Origin: an uncultured Acidobacteriota bacterium
GTDB lineage: Bacteria > Acidobacteriota > Terriglobia > UBA7540
Reading direction: 5' to 3'
DNA: 64,000 nt
NCBI GenBank assembly: GCA_963804995.1
Contig: CAWDSK010000005.1
Location: 320,001 to 384,000 of the forward strand
The position numbers were made by a program, and so were the translations under genes. Below the pieces are notes generated by a model. The model did no database searches. It was not told the DNA's origin and saw nothing but the letters and a program-made list of their open reading frames with translations. The stretch's first letter is position 1. Every line of letters begins with the position of its first letter. Shown here in pieces: positions 8,265 through 18,037 of the stretch.

Positions 8265-11200
8265 AAAAACAGCAATCAGCAGTCAGCCGTCAGTGTTCAG
8301 TGAAAAAGTATCTGAACATCCTGGGCTTTATCCTATCTGTTACGTTTGGGATACCGTCTGTTGCTCTTCCGCAGCAGCCGCAGACGCAGACTGATCCGAT
8401 CTATGCCGTTAATGCCAAGTACGTGCAAGGGGTCGGGCCCGGGTACTGGCCGACGGCCGGATCAAATCTCACGTTGAACCTCACATCCGGGACGGCCGTC
8501 TGTGGCAACACAGTTCAGACGTATGCCGGTGGCACGCTCACCTTGGCGGCCAATGCCACGAATTACGTGTATCTCAACACTGCGCAGAGCTGCATTCCTG
8601 CCTCCAACACGACCGGCTTCAATTCCACGACGATCCCCATCGCTATAGTCGGGACCAACACCAACTCCATCACCTCGATCACGGACGTCAGAACCATGTT
8701 CGTTTCAGGCGCTACCGGGACCCTCACCAGTGTCGCAATGACGGGCGACGGGGTGATTTACAACACGGCGGTTCCGGGCTCGCCGATCACTACGAGTGGA
8801 ACGCTCGCGCCTCAGCTTCTATCCCAGACTGCCAACACCCTGCTGGCCGGACCAGGCTCGGGGGTTGCCGCTCTGCCGACTTTCCGCACTTTGGTGTCTG
8901 CCGACCTGCCCACCATCGCCATCTCCGGAGGTGGCACCGGCCAGACCACTGCAGCGGCTGCGTTCAATGCCCTTTCGCCCCTTACCACGGAAGGTGACCT
9001 AAACTATTACCACACCGGCGCAAACATCCGCTTGGGTATAGGCGGTAGCGGCCAATGTCTGACCTCCAATGGCACGGATCCTGCTTGGGGTTCATGCGGT
9101 GGCGGGGGGGCTTGGAGCGCGATCGGCAATCCCACTGCCAATCTCACTCTCTCGATGTCCACTTACACAACGACATACAACCACACGTCGGCAGCGAACT
9201 GGACCTGGGCGAACACGACCGCAGCAACTTCCGGCACAGCTCAGTCCAGCCCCATTTTCAATCTTTCTGGCACCTATTGGACAGGTGCTGCCTCCGGCGC
9301 GGATAGCTGGTCGCTTCAAGACCTCATAGCCAGCGGCACCAACGGAAACTCGATACTGACTTTAGCCCATGCTGGGTCGACCACCGGGATAGTTTCAGTC
9401 AGTGTTCCAAACCTGATCAATACGAGCACCACCCAATATGGGGTGGAGTACGGCGGTGGAGCGTCGGCCGTCATCAGATCGACAGCGGCAGGAGGTAGTG
9501 GAGTTCCTTTGCTGGGCCAGGGGGCAAGTGCGGCTCCGATTTTCGGTGCCCTGAATCTTGCGGGCGGCTCATCTATCGTTACCGGAACTCTTCCCTTTGG
9601 GTATGGCGGGACAAACTCCACTTCGTTTACGCAGTATGGCGTAGTGGTGGCCGGTGCGAGTTCCTTGAGCACAGTCGGCCCAAACGCCTCAAGCGGATTG
9701 CCGTTGCTTTCACAGGGTGCCTCTGCGAACCCGGCCTTTGCTGTGTTGGGTATCGTCGGCGGTGGCACCGGCCAAACCACTGCCACCGCTGGCTTCAACG
9801 CCTTGTCCCCTCTCACTACTGAGGGTGACCTGCTTTACTACCATACTTCAGCGAACGCCCGCCTGGCCCGGGGCACGAATGGCCAATGTTTGACTTCGAA
9901 CGGTACGGATCCTGTTTGGGGCTCCTGTAGCACTGGAAGCGGAACCGTAACCAGCGTGGCTCTCGCGATGCCTTCGATCTTCTCCGTCTCCGGTTCACCG
10001 GTGATAAACTCCGGCACGCTGACGGCGAGCTTGACGAGTCAGACTCAAAACCTGGTTTTTGCGAGCCCGAGTGGAAGTTCGGGCAACCCGAGCTTTCGAT
10101 CCCTCGTAGGAGCTGACCTGCCCGCTCCGACATCATCCACCTTAGGCGGAGTCAAATCCCTCACTTGTTCGGCCAGCCAGTTTGTTAATCAGATTTCCAC
10201 CGCAGGCGCACCAGTATGCGCTACCCCCAGCGGTGGTGGTTCGGGCCTGGGCAACGGGGGAACCGTCATCGACGCCAGCTTGCAAGCAGGGTCAGACTTT
10301 GGAGCTAAGGTCAACGCAGCCCTTGCCCTATTGCCAGCGACGGGAGGGGTAGTGGACGCACGGGGTCTGGTGGGAACTCAATCATCCTCTTCAAGTATCA
10401 CCATTCCGCGAGCGGTCACTGTGCTTCTAGCCTGCGGGCTAAACGTAACCTTCACTGTGGCCCCTATGTTCACAGTTTATGGCAATCTGGTTGGGTGTGG
10501 CGGCCATATGGCTGGCCCGCAGACTTCGCTCAGCTTGAGCGGAACCACCGGAGGCAGCGCGATCGTTGGGGGAAGTGTGACCGGTGTCGCCATCTACGGG
10601 GTCTCAACTTCTGACGGGTCAATTGGCTTTGACTGGAGCAGCGGACCCTCAACCTCACAGTTGACAAATAGCTCAGCCTCAAACTTTCAGTATGACTACA
10701 AGATTGGTGGCGGAGGTTCGGAGTCATCCTACAATCACTTGGAAGATGACGCTGCCTACGGGGCTGGAACATATGGGTTTTGGGTCACGGGGAACGCGGC
10801 TTTCAATGAACTTGAACATCTGAATTGCGCGGGCCTGCAAACCTGCTACGAGTTTGATGCGCAGGTAGGTACGGCGGTCAACCTGAGTGCGGAGAGCTTC
10901 ACTGTCGATGCGTTTGCCTTCAATAATTCTGGGAGTCAAGTTTTTGGGGCCTACATCGAAAACGGTCCAGTGCCCGTCCATTACAAGGGGGGCTATAACA
11001 ATATTGTTATGGGTGGCACTGCCAGAATCGTCGGGTCGGGAGTAGTCTACGACGCAGGCGTAGACCAAATATCCAATTACCTCCAGGGCGTGGATTTCGG
11101 TGGAGGTCCGGCATACATGGGCTACTGGGCCATGACTTACCCTCTCTTTAACTTCCCCGCCCTGAATGACCCATTCACGACTGAATTGGACCCTAGCGTG

Positions 11201-13120
11201 TCTTGGGGCGGTACTTGGCAGGCACTCCAGTATAGCCCGAAGGGAAGTCACGGCCCCACGCAGGGCTACTCGGGTTATGCGCCCATCGGTCTAGGCGGCA
11301 TCGAGAATCGCGGCGGCATTACCACTTGGGGCAGCCTTGTGGTTAATGGCCTTCCCAGCGGATCAAACATTCCAGCGCCCACCATGGCGTGCACGGGAAG
11401 CGGTACAGGAACCACGTATACGGCGTCTCTGGTAATTAGCGACTGGAACGGCAATAAGACAACGCCCAGCACTGCCGCCACAATCAAGTGTCCCAATCCG
11501 CCATCTGGGACGTACCCGATTACTGTCACCCCCGTAACATCTTGGTATGGTAGTCCGGCAAATGGCGTCAAGTCCTACGACTACCTTTGGGGCGACACCG
11601 CGCACAGCTTCGCGCTTGCAACCCTTGGGACTCAGAGTTACACAGGTGGAAGCCTTGGTGCCTACACCGCAGCCGCGCGCAACGCAACGGGGGATGGCTA
11701 CGTTAACGGGTGGCTTGGGGTGGGCACCTCCACGCCAGGACGAGCCTTGGAGTTAAGTTTCAATGCCATCTCCTTGGGAGATCAGGGATTTAGGTTATCC
11801 TACAGCCCCTCCCCGACTAGTTATTACGGTGAGATGGTCCAACACTATAACGGCTCCGGAAACGGGTTTAACTACAACTTCAACCTGCATGATGCCGATA
11901 CCGCATACTCGGGAACTCCATTTTCGATCTCTTCGCACGGCCAGGTTGGAATTGGAACGGCCAACCCCGGACAACAGCTTGATGTTGCGGGCGGTTACGT
12001 CCGCTCCGACACGGGTTTTTGCATCACGTCGAACTGTGTGACCTCGCTGTGGTCAAATCCCATGACCACCCTGGGTGACATTGTTTACGCTGGTGCGGGC
12101 GGAGCCGGCACGCGGCTGGCGGGCAACACTTCCGCAACGACGTATTTCCTCGGTCAGACCGGGACTGGCAGCGCCTCCGCAGCCCCCATATGGTTGCAGC
12201 TCAACTTTGGGAACATCTCGGGCACTGTCCAGCCCGGGCAGCTTTTGACACCCGTGAACGCGCAGGCGGGCACGAGCTACACAATTGCCATAAGTGACCA
12301 GAACAATCTCGTCACCTTCAACAACAGTTCCAGTGTTGCCCTAACCCTGCCACAGCCTGGAGGCTCCTTTCCGGCGGGTTTCGCGATCGAGATTGAAAAT
12401 CTTGGAGCGGGTGTCGTGACTGTGACACCGACTGCGAGTACCTTGAATGGGCAAACCAGCCTGACCTTTGTGCAGAATCAGGGCGCTACGCTCGTCAGCG
12501 ACGGCACAAATTGGAAGGCCAACCTCGGGTACGGAATTCAAGGGGCAACGAACTTGCTTACCCAGTACGCCGTTCCCTTTGTGACCTCCCAGGGCACGAT
12601 CAATCAGATCAGCAACAACACCACCACTACCCCCATGTATCTAAAGATGACCGGCACTGGTGTAACAGGACAGCTTCCCGCCTGGGGAACACTTACTACT
12701 GGAGATTTGCCGTCGCACTTGGCCACCCTCTTGACTCTGTGGTGCTACAGCGCCTTGAGCGCAACCTCCGGGACATACTATTTCGGTGGCTTCGGGGGGG
12801 TGCAGACAGCTTGTAATTCGCTTACTACCACCCTGACGGGCGGGATGCCGGTTGGCGTGGGCGGCACAATCAAGAACCTCCGTTGCGCCGCGGGAGCAGC
12901 AGGGCACGCTGCGGGAAGCGGAGTAATCAAAATCTACGACGGCGGATCCGCCAAAAGCCCCACCTGCACGATCGGTACAGGGACAACGTGTAGTGACACA
13001 TCTAATTCCTTCACCTATGCTGCTGGTGATCTGATTCAATTCTCTGTGGCGAGTGGGGGCGCCGGCGAAACTTTGGCCAACGTCTCCTGTTCGGCTGAAG
13101 TTTGGGTCAGTGCTAACTGA
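8258..13120 (+). CDS. Tail fibre/adhesin-like protein with beta-helix region and apparent Sec signal peptide
   Basis: ~1620 aa, Gly/Ser/Thr rich. GGTGQTTA and PTFRxLVxADLP fibre repeats, GIGTANPGQQLDV motif, central beta-helix-like segment. The N-terminus KKYLNILGFILSVTFGIPSVALP is signal-like (alternative GTG start at 8300). Confidence 0.65.
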   Translation: MVKKQQSAVSRQCSVKKYLNILGFILSVTFGIPSVALPQQPQTQTDPIYAVNAKYVQGVGPGYWPTAGSNLTLNLTSGTAVCGNTVQTYAGGTLTLAANATNYVYLNTAQSCIPASNTTGFNSTTIPIAIVGTNTNSITSITDVRTMFVSGATGTLTSVAMTGDGVIYNTAVPGSPITTSGTLAPQLLSQTANTLLAGPGSGVAALPTFRTLVSADLPTIAISGGGTGQTTAAAAFNALSPLTTEGDLNYYHTGANIRLGIGGSGQCLTSNGTDPAWGSCGGGGAWSAIGNPTANLTLSMSTYTTTYNHTSAANWTWANTTAATSGTAQSSPIFNLSGTYWTGAASGADSWSLQDLIASGTNGNSILTLAHAGSTTGIVSVSVPNLINTSTTQYGVEYGGGASAVIRSTAAGGSGVPLLGQGASAAPIFGALNLAGGSSIVTGTLPFGYGGTNSTSFTQYGVVVAGASSLSTVGPNASSGLPLLSQGASANPAFAVLGIVGGGTGQTTATAGFNALSPLTTEGDLLYYHTSANARLARGTNGQCLTSNGTDPVWGSCSTGSGTVTSVALAMPSIFSVSGSPVINSGTLTASLTSQTQNLVFASPSGSSGNPSFRSLVGADLPAPTSSTLGGVKSLTCSASQFVNQISTAGAPVCATPSGGGSGLGNGGTVIDASLQAGSDFGAKVNAALALLPATGGVVDARGLVGTQSSSSSITIPRAVTVLLACGLNVTFTVAPMFTVYGNLVGCGGHMAGPQTSLSLSGTTGGSAIVGGSVTGVAIYGVSTSDGSIGFDWSSGPSTSQLTNSSASNFQYDYKIGGGGSESSYNHLEDDAAYGAGTYGFWVTGNAAFNELEHLNCAGLQTCYEFDAQVGTAVNLSAESFTVDAFAFNNSGSQVFGAYIENGPVPVHYKGGYNNIVMGGTARIVGSGVVYDAGVDQISNYLQGVDFGGGPAYMGYWAMTYPLFNFPALNDPFTTELDPSVSWGGTWQALQYSPKGSHGPTQGYSGYAPIGLGGIENRGGITTWGSLVVNGLPSGSNIPAPTMACTGSGTGTTYTASLVISDWNGNKTTPSTAATIKCPNPPSGTYPITVTPVTSWYGSPANGVKSYDYLWGDTAHSFALATLGTQSYTGGSLGAYTAAARNATGDGYVNGWLGVGTSTPGRALELSFNAISLGDQGFRLSYSPSPTSYYGEMVQHYNGSGNGFNYNFNLHDADTAYSGTPFSISSHGQVGIGTANPGQQLDVAGGYVRSDTGFCITSNCVTSLWSNPMTTLGDIVYAGAGGAGTRLAGNTSATTYFLGQTGTGSASAAPIWLQLNFGNISGTVQPGQLLTPVNAQAGTSYTIAISDQNNLVTFNNSSSVALTLPQPGGSFPAGFAIEIENLGAGVVTVTPTASTLNGQTSLTFVQNQGATLVSDGTNWKANLGYGIQGATNLLTQYAVPFVTSQGTINQISNNTTTTPMYLKMTGTGVTGQLPAWGTLTTGDLPSHLATLLTLWCYSALSATSGTYYFGGFGGVQTACNSLTTTLTGGMPVGVGGTIKNLRCAAGAAGHAAGSGVIKIYDGGSAKSPTCTIGTGTTCSDTSNSFTYAAGDLIQFSVASGGAGETLANVSCSAEVWVSAN

Positions 13121-13328
13121 ATAGCTGGCGGGCGAGAGGAAGAGGACCCCCTTCACGACTTCACGGGGAGTGTCGGATGCGTATGACGGCATCACACATA
13201 GCCGTTGGGGTTGCCCTCTGGCTCGCCCCGCCGATTATCGCGCTTGAAGATGGATGTTGCATCGCCCCCACCCCTGTCGCACCTGACCCTCCTGCGCAAT
13301 CTGTCTCGGCTATACCATTAGATCATCG

Positions 13329-14666
13329 CTAAAGGCCTGCGGGATTATCCAACCAATAGATTGTTAATCCAGATAACAACTTAGGGTAGAAGTCGGTGGA
13401 TTTCTGTGGCAGGGGGCGGTCAGCCAATGCGTTGTCGCGCACCGCTTCCACCGGTGTAGGGTTAAGCAGGAATGCTACCTGGCCTCGGCCTTTTTCCACC
13501 TGTTCTGCCGCCAGAGGCAATTCACGGTAATACGACAAGTTTCTTTCCTCGCGTACGGCCAGTTGATCGATGCCAAGTAGCCGCTCGAGTACTAGGCGGT
13601 GCAGCAGGACCACGTCGAGTCGGCGCAGTGTTGGGGAGAGGTCCGAAAGCGCCCTGTCAAGATCGAATTCGCCGCGGAGACGCAGCAGTGCTAGTTTACC
13701 CGGCCCCGCATAGGCGGCGAGGGTCGGCCGCTCGAGGCCTGCCTCTCGGAGGCGCCGGAGGATTCGCCCTTCCCAACCGCTCGCCGGGGGTCGCACGCCT
13801 ACTTCTTCCCAATCGAACATAGCACGGGCATCGGAGGAGAATTTCGCCCAGTCGAAACCCGCAAGGTTGTGCACCAAGCGATGCGTGGGGAGGATGGTAA
13901 GGCCGTCTGTCTCCATGCGGATAAGAGTCACCATCAGGAATTCAGCGCGGTCGTCTAAGCGGTCGAGCGCACGGCAATGGTCGCGATAGGCGAGTGCCGT
14001 CTCGTAGCGATGGTGGCCGTCTGCGATGACGAGTTGCTTGTCCTTCATCGCTCCCACTACTTCCGCGAGGATCTTGGGGTCGCCGACGCGCCACACAGAA
14101 TGACGTGTGCCGTACTCATCAATGACCCGTTCCCATGGTTGGGACGAGGTGTGCAGGGCCAGCAGGTTTTCCACCTCGCCAGATGGGTCGCTATAGAGCA
14201 TGAATATTTGTCCGAAGTGCGCGCGAGTGGCCTTCAACAATTCCAGGCGATCGGCCTTGGGGCCTGAGAGCGTCTCCTCGTGCCGGTGCACAACCCGCGC
14301 TGCATAGTCTTCGAGGCGCAGCAGGGCAACGAAGCCGCGCCGTTGCTTTCGCATTCCGGGCTGGCCCGGCAGCTCATATTCCTGGTAATAAGGATAGATC
14401 GCCGGTTCGGCCTCGCCGGTGACCACGTCTTTCGCTATCCACTCGTGAAAATCGCGCGCTGCGCCCGCGTAGACCTTGTCCGCAGAGCCATCCTCCGGTT
14501 CCGTACGCCGGCGAATGATGCGCGCCAGATTGTGGGGGCTCATCTCGTAATAGCGCGACTGCATTTCTGCTGAAATCTTATCGTAGGGTTGCGTTACTAC
14601 GGCCGCGAGGGCAACGTTTTTACCCGGGTTATAATGGAACGCACGGAATGGGTGAATATCAGCCAT
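13329..14666 (-). CDS. DUF1015 family protein
   Basis: MADIHPFRAFHY, VTQPYDKIS, HEETLSGPKADRLEL, IADGHHRYETA, PQKSTDFYPKLLSGL. Confidence 0.9.
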   Translation of the reverse strand: MADIHPFRAFHYNPGKNVALAAVVTQPYDKISAEMQSRYYEMSPHNLARIIRRRTEPEDGSADKVYAGAARDFHEWIAKDVVTGEAEPAIYPYYQEYELPGQPGMRKQRRGFVALLRLEDYAARVVHRHEETLSGPKADRLELLKATRAHFGQIFMLYSDPSGEVENLLALHTSSQPWERVIDEYGTRHSVWRVGDPKILAEVVGAMKDKQLVIADGHHRYETALAYRDHCRALDRLDDRAEFLMVTLIRMETDGLTILPTHRLVHNLAGFDWAKFSSDARAMFDWEEVGVRPPASGWEGRILRRLREAGLERPTLAAYAGPGKLALLRLRGEFDLDRALSDLSPTLRRLDVVLLHRLVLERLLGIDQLAVREERNLSYYRELPLAAEQVEKGRGQVAFLLNPTPVEAVRDNALADRPLPQKSTDFYPKLLSGLTIYWLDNPAGL

Positions 14667-15025
14667 GAGTATCTCATCCAATCGAATGGGAGTTGAATTC
14701 CTAAAACTATCATACCGCTCGCGATGCGTTGAGGCTTGTCGCAAAAGGGCGCACACAGAATGGAGACAGTCGGCGAGTCTGAGGGGCTTGTGGACGAATC
14801 TCATGCGCTGTCGACCGGATCGGCCACAACTAGGACAAGCCTCAGGTGAGATCTTTACTGCAAAACCAAACCTTGCCACACTCGGAACGGATGACACCCT
14901 TGGTAGGTTCTCAAGCAAACTGCTAGAATGGCAGGTTCTTGAATACTGGTGTAGCTTCTCCGGGTGGCCTTACACGCACCTGAGGCCGCGCTGAATACAG
15001 GCTCTCGTCCGAAAGGCCCGCGCCC

Positions 15026-16042
15026 ATGGCTGAACTCCGCTTGGATTCCTTCACTCGCCGCTGGGTGGTCACCGGCAAGCGCCCGGTGATGCCGGATGTG
15101 CAGGACGCCAGCGGCTTGTGTCCCTTCTGCCCGGGCAACGAGCATCTGACCCCCCGGCCAATACGGGAGGTCCGGGGTGCAAGTGGCGCTTGGACGGCAC
15201 GCGTCTTTCACGATCGCGCCCCACTCTTCCTGGTGGAAGGTGGCGCCGATCGCCGTGCTGAGGGAATGTTTGACCGTATGAACAGCCTTGGCGCGCATGA
15301 AATCGTGGTGGAAACTCCCCGCCACGGTGAGACGCTGGCGCAAAGTCCGGAGGCTCAGATTACCCGCGTGTTGGAACTTTTCCGTGACCGTATCCTGGAC
15401 CTGAAGCAAGACCATCGCCTCCGTTATGTCTCACTTTTCAAGGATCAGCGTGCGCCGTCGGAAACGTTACATGGTCACAGCTACTCCCAGGTTGTTGCAA
15501 CTCCCGTGCTGCCGCAACTCCTGGAAATTGAATTCCGCTGGAGCCGTGCGCATTTCCTGAAGCGTGACCGCTGCCTTTACTGTGACGCCTTGCAGCAGGA
15601 TCTGCGGGAGGAGAAACGCGTCGTAGATCAGACTGCGGATTTCGTAGCGGTCTGCCCCTTTGCTTCGCGCTCGCCCTATGAGCTGTGGGTGCTGCCGATG
15701 CGCCATTCGTCCTCATTCGAAACCGATCTGGCGGAACCAGGGCGGACCGCTTCGCTTGCGCCCTTTCTCAAGTCCTGCCTTCAGAGGATGGAAAAGGTGT
15801 CGGAGACTCTCCACATGGTCGTGCATACTGAACCCAACTTGCAGGCTTGGAAGCACACCCAAGACTGGTGGACAACCCTGCGCGATGATTATCATTGGCA
15901 CATCGAGATTCAACCGGATGTTGAGGGGCAGCGCCGTTTTCTGGGCCCCGGAGGTTTCCACTTTAATCCCATCCCGGCTGAGCAGGCCGCGCTGGTGCTG
16001 CGCGCCCTGGAGCCTGGAGCTCAACCGCCACCTTCAGCGTGA
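15026..16042 (+). CDS. GalT-like (HIT-fold) protein with degenerate catalytic motif
   Basis: ELRLD..RRWV, CPFCPGNE, GAHEIVVETPRH, CLYCD, YHWHIEI. The HxHxQ motif reads HSYSQ. Confidence 0.85.
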   Translation: MAELRLDSFTRRWVVTGKRPVMPDVQDASGLCPFCPGNEHLTPRPIREVRGASGAWTARVFHDRAPLFLVEGGADRRAEGMFDRMNSLGAHEIVVETPRHGETLAQSPEAQITRVLELFRDRILDLKQDHRLRYVSLFKDQRAPSETLHGHSYSQVVATPVLPQLLEIEFRWSRAHFLKRDRCLYCDALQQDLREEKRVVDQTADFVAVCPFASRSPYELWVLPMRHSSSFETDLAEPGRTASLAPFLKSCLQRMEKVSETLHMVVHTEPNLQAWKHTQDWWTTLRDDYHWHIEIQPDVEGQRRFLGPGGFHFNPIPAEQAALVLRALEPGAQPPPSA

Positions 16043-16056
16043 GGACGTAACAGCCT

Positions 16057-16728
16057 GTGACCGTAACTTGGAGTCAAATTCGGCTGATTGTGTTTGACCT
16101 TGACGGCACCTTGGTGGACAGCAAGCAGGACCTGGCATTGAGTGTGAACGCCATGCGGTGCGAATTGGGCCTTGCCCCCCTGCCGCTTGATCTAGTTGCC
16201 TCATACGTGGGCCACGGGGTTGCAGTGTTGGTGCGCCGCGCCCTGGGGGACCTTGCCACAGAGAAGAATATTGAGAAGGGTATAGCATTTTTCCTGAACT
16301 ACTACCGGGATCACATGCTCGACCATACAGCGCCCTACCCGGGGGTTCCGGAGGCGCTCGAAAGGCTGCGACCCCACAAGCTTGCGGTGCTGACTAATAA
16401 ACCGGTCAACTTCAGTCGGGAGATGTTGACGCGGTTGGGGTTCGCCCCATACTTTACGTATGTTTACGGGGGCAATAGTTTTCCGCTTAAGAAACCTGAT
16501 CCCATGGGCTTAAATAAGTTGATGGCAGATCTCGAAATCCCGGCCACCCAGACCCTTATGGTTGGAGATTCTGACACAGATGTTCTCACAGGGCGGAACG
16601 CGGGCGTGTGGACTTGCGGAGTCTCCTACGGATTTGGAGCGCATACGCTGAAGGATGCGCCACCAGATATCGTTCTCGATGATTTGCGAGATTTGCCTCC
16701 GTTGTTGGATGGTCAACCCCAAGCGTGA
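16057..16728 (+). CDS. HAD-family hydrolase (phosphoglycolate phosphatase-like)
   Basis: FDLDGTLVDS, LTNKP, KKPDP, MVGDSDTD motifs. Confidence 0.9.
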   Translation: MTVTWSQIRLIVFDLDGTLVDSKQDLALSVNAMRCELGLAPLPLDLVASYVGHGVAVLVRRALGDLATEKNIEKGIAFFLNYYRDHMLDHTAPYPGVPEALERLRPHKLAVLTNKPVNFSREMLTRLGFAPYFTYVYGGNSFPLKKPDPMGLNKLMADLEIPATQTLMVGDSDTDVLTGRNAGVWTCGVSYGFGAHTLKDAPPDIVLDDLRDLPPLLDGQPQA

Positions 16729-16837
16729 AACTGGAGGGTGAGGTTTCGGCGGGGCGCGTCAAGGTGTTCTGTAGCTTCTAGTACCCCCTCCAACTTGTCA
16801 TGGGACTCTCGCATCCAAACGAAGACGGAATTAGTTT

Positions 16838-17941
16838 ATGACATATCCCTCGGATGCAAAGCTGTCCACATCGTCTCGTGGCCGGCTAGAAACGACTCGG
16901 CTGGCGTTCAAGTGCGCCGGCATGCTCTGCTTACTGGTGAGCCTGTGTATGTTTGCGGGCACTTCCGGTTTTTCTCAGCACCCCCCTTCGGAACCACAGA
17001 AGGAAAGTGCCCCATCTCCCGCCAATCCACCGGCTTCGCCTGATCAGGAAGAACCTCTTCCGGGTGATTGGGGTCCGGAGTTGCTATACGGCATGTTGAG
17101 TTCGCCCAATGAGGAAGCTCAGTATGCCCTCCTGCGTGCCACCTTCGCGGCGGGGCCGGCCATCATTCCGCAACTTGTCGCGGCGCTCAAGGACGATCGC
17201 ACTGCAGAATTCGCGGCCCAGTCTTTGGCTTTCATCGGCGGGAAGCAGGCTTTGGATAGCCTTTGGAAATTGCTCTCCGACCCTCGCGACCTCAATCTGC
17301 GGCGCTTCACTTACGGAGCGCTCGCGGAATATGATTCGCCCCAGGCCACGGATGTTCTCTTCGACGTCATCAACAAATCTGATGATGAGCCGGACCGCAC
17401 GGTGACGGAAACCGCGGTCATTGCGCTTACAGCTCGCACCGACGCCAAACTGCTTCCCCGCTTACGCGAGGCGGAAAGCAAACTGCAAGACGTGGTCATT
17501 CGCGACGATCTGGACAATGCCCGTGCGGTACTTGAGGCCCGTGCCAAATACCTGGCATCACCTCAAGGGAAGGGAGTGGGTGGTTCGGTAGAGTCCGCTG
17601 TCCGGGCATACTTCATGCCGGCGCTTGAGCTGCCGACACCCCCGGAGACGGCGCCGATCCCCGCCGCCAATAAGGCCCCAGCGAAGCCCACGCCTCCACC
17701 CGCCCATCCGCCTTTCAAGTCCCTGGTTTCGGTAGAAGTCCGCGACGTCACGCTCTCGCCTGATAAAAGCCGCGCCCTCACCCGCGTGGTGTTCGAAGAT
17801 CCCACTGCGATGGCCTTCTACGATATCGTCTTACAAAGGCACGACGGTAACTGGACAATCGCCAGCGTTTGGCTGGGCCCTGAGGTCGAGAGACCCCAGC
17901 CGGCTGCCATACCTCCCGCAACTGGGTCCAAACCCCATTAA
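16838..17941 (+). CDS. Exported HEAT-repeat protein
   Basis: Hydrophobic signal-like segment, HEAT-like helices (AIIPQLVAALKD..AAQSLAFIG), Pro-rich linker. Confidence 0.65.
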   Translation: MTYPSDAKLSTSSRGRLETTRLAFKCAGMLCLLVSLCMFAGTSGFSQHPPSEPQKESAPSPANPPASPDQEEPLPGDWGPELLYGMLSSPNEEAQYALLRATFAAGPAIIPQLVAALKDDRTAEFAAQSLAFIGGKQALDSLWKLLSDPRDLNLRRFTYGALAEYDSPQATDVLFDVINKSDDEPDRTVTETAVIALTARTDAKLLPRLREAESKLQDVVIRDDLDNARAVLEARAKYLASPQGKGVGGSVESAVRAYFMPALELPTPPETAPIPAANKAPAKPTPPPAHPPFKSLVSVEVRDVTLSPDKSRALTRVVFEDPTAMAFYDIVLQRHDGNWTIASVWLGPEVERPQPAAIPPATGSKPH

Positions 17942-18037
17942 CACGGTGCCCAACCCCAATTGGTTTTTGCGGGACTCGAAACCATAGCGAAGGGAAGGAT
18001 TGCCACGCCCGTGCCCTTACCCCATAATCGGAATTTC

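Noticed and set aside
8929..9927. Repeat pair in the fibre gene (8929-9096 vs 9760-9927) plus an RT in the window suggested a diversity-generating retroelement
   Set aside because: Both copies are in-frame coding sequence. Differences are largely synonymous and not adenine-specific. The RT sits inside a canonical group II intron.
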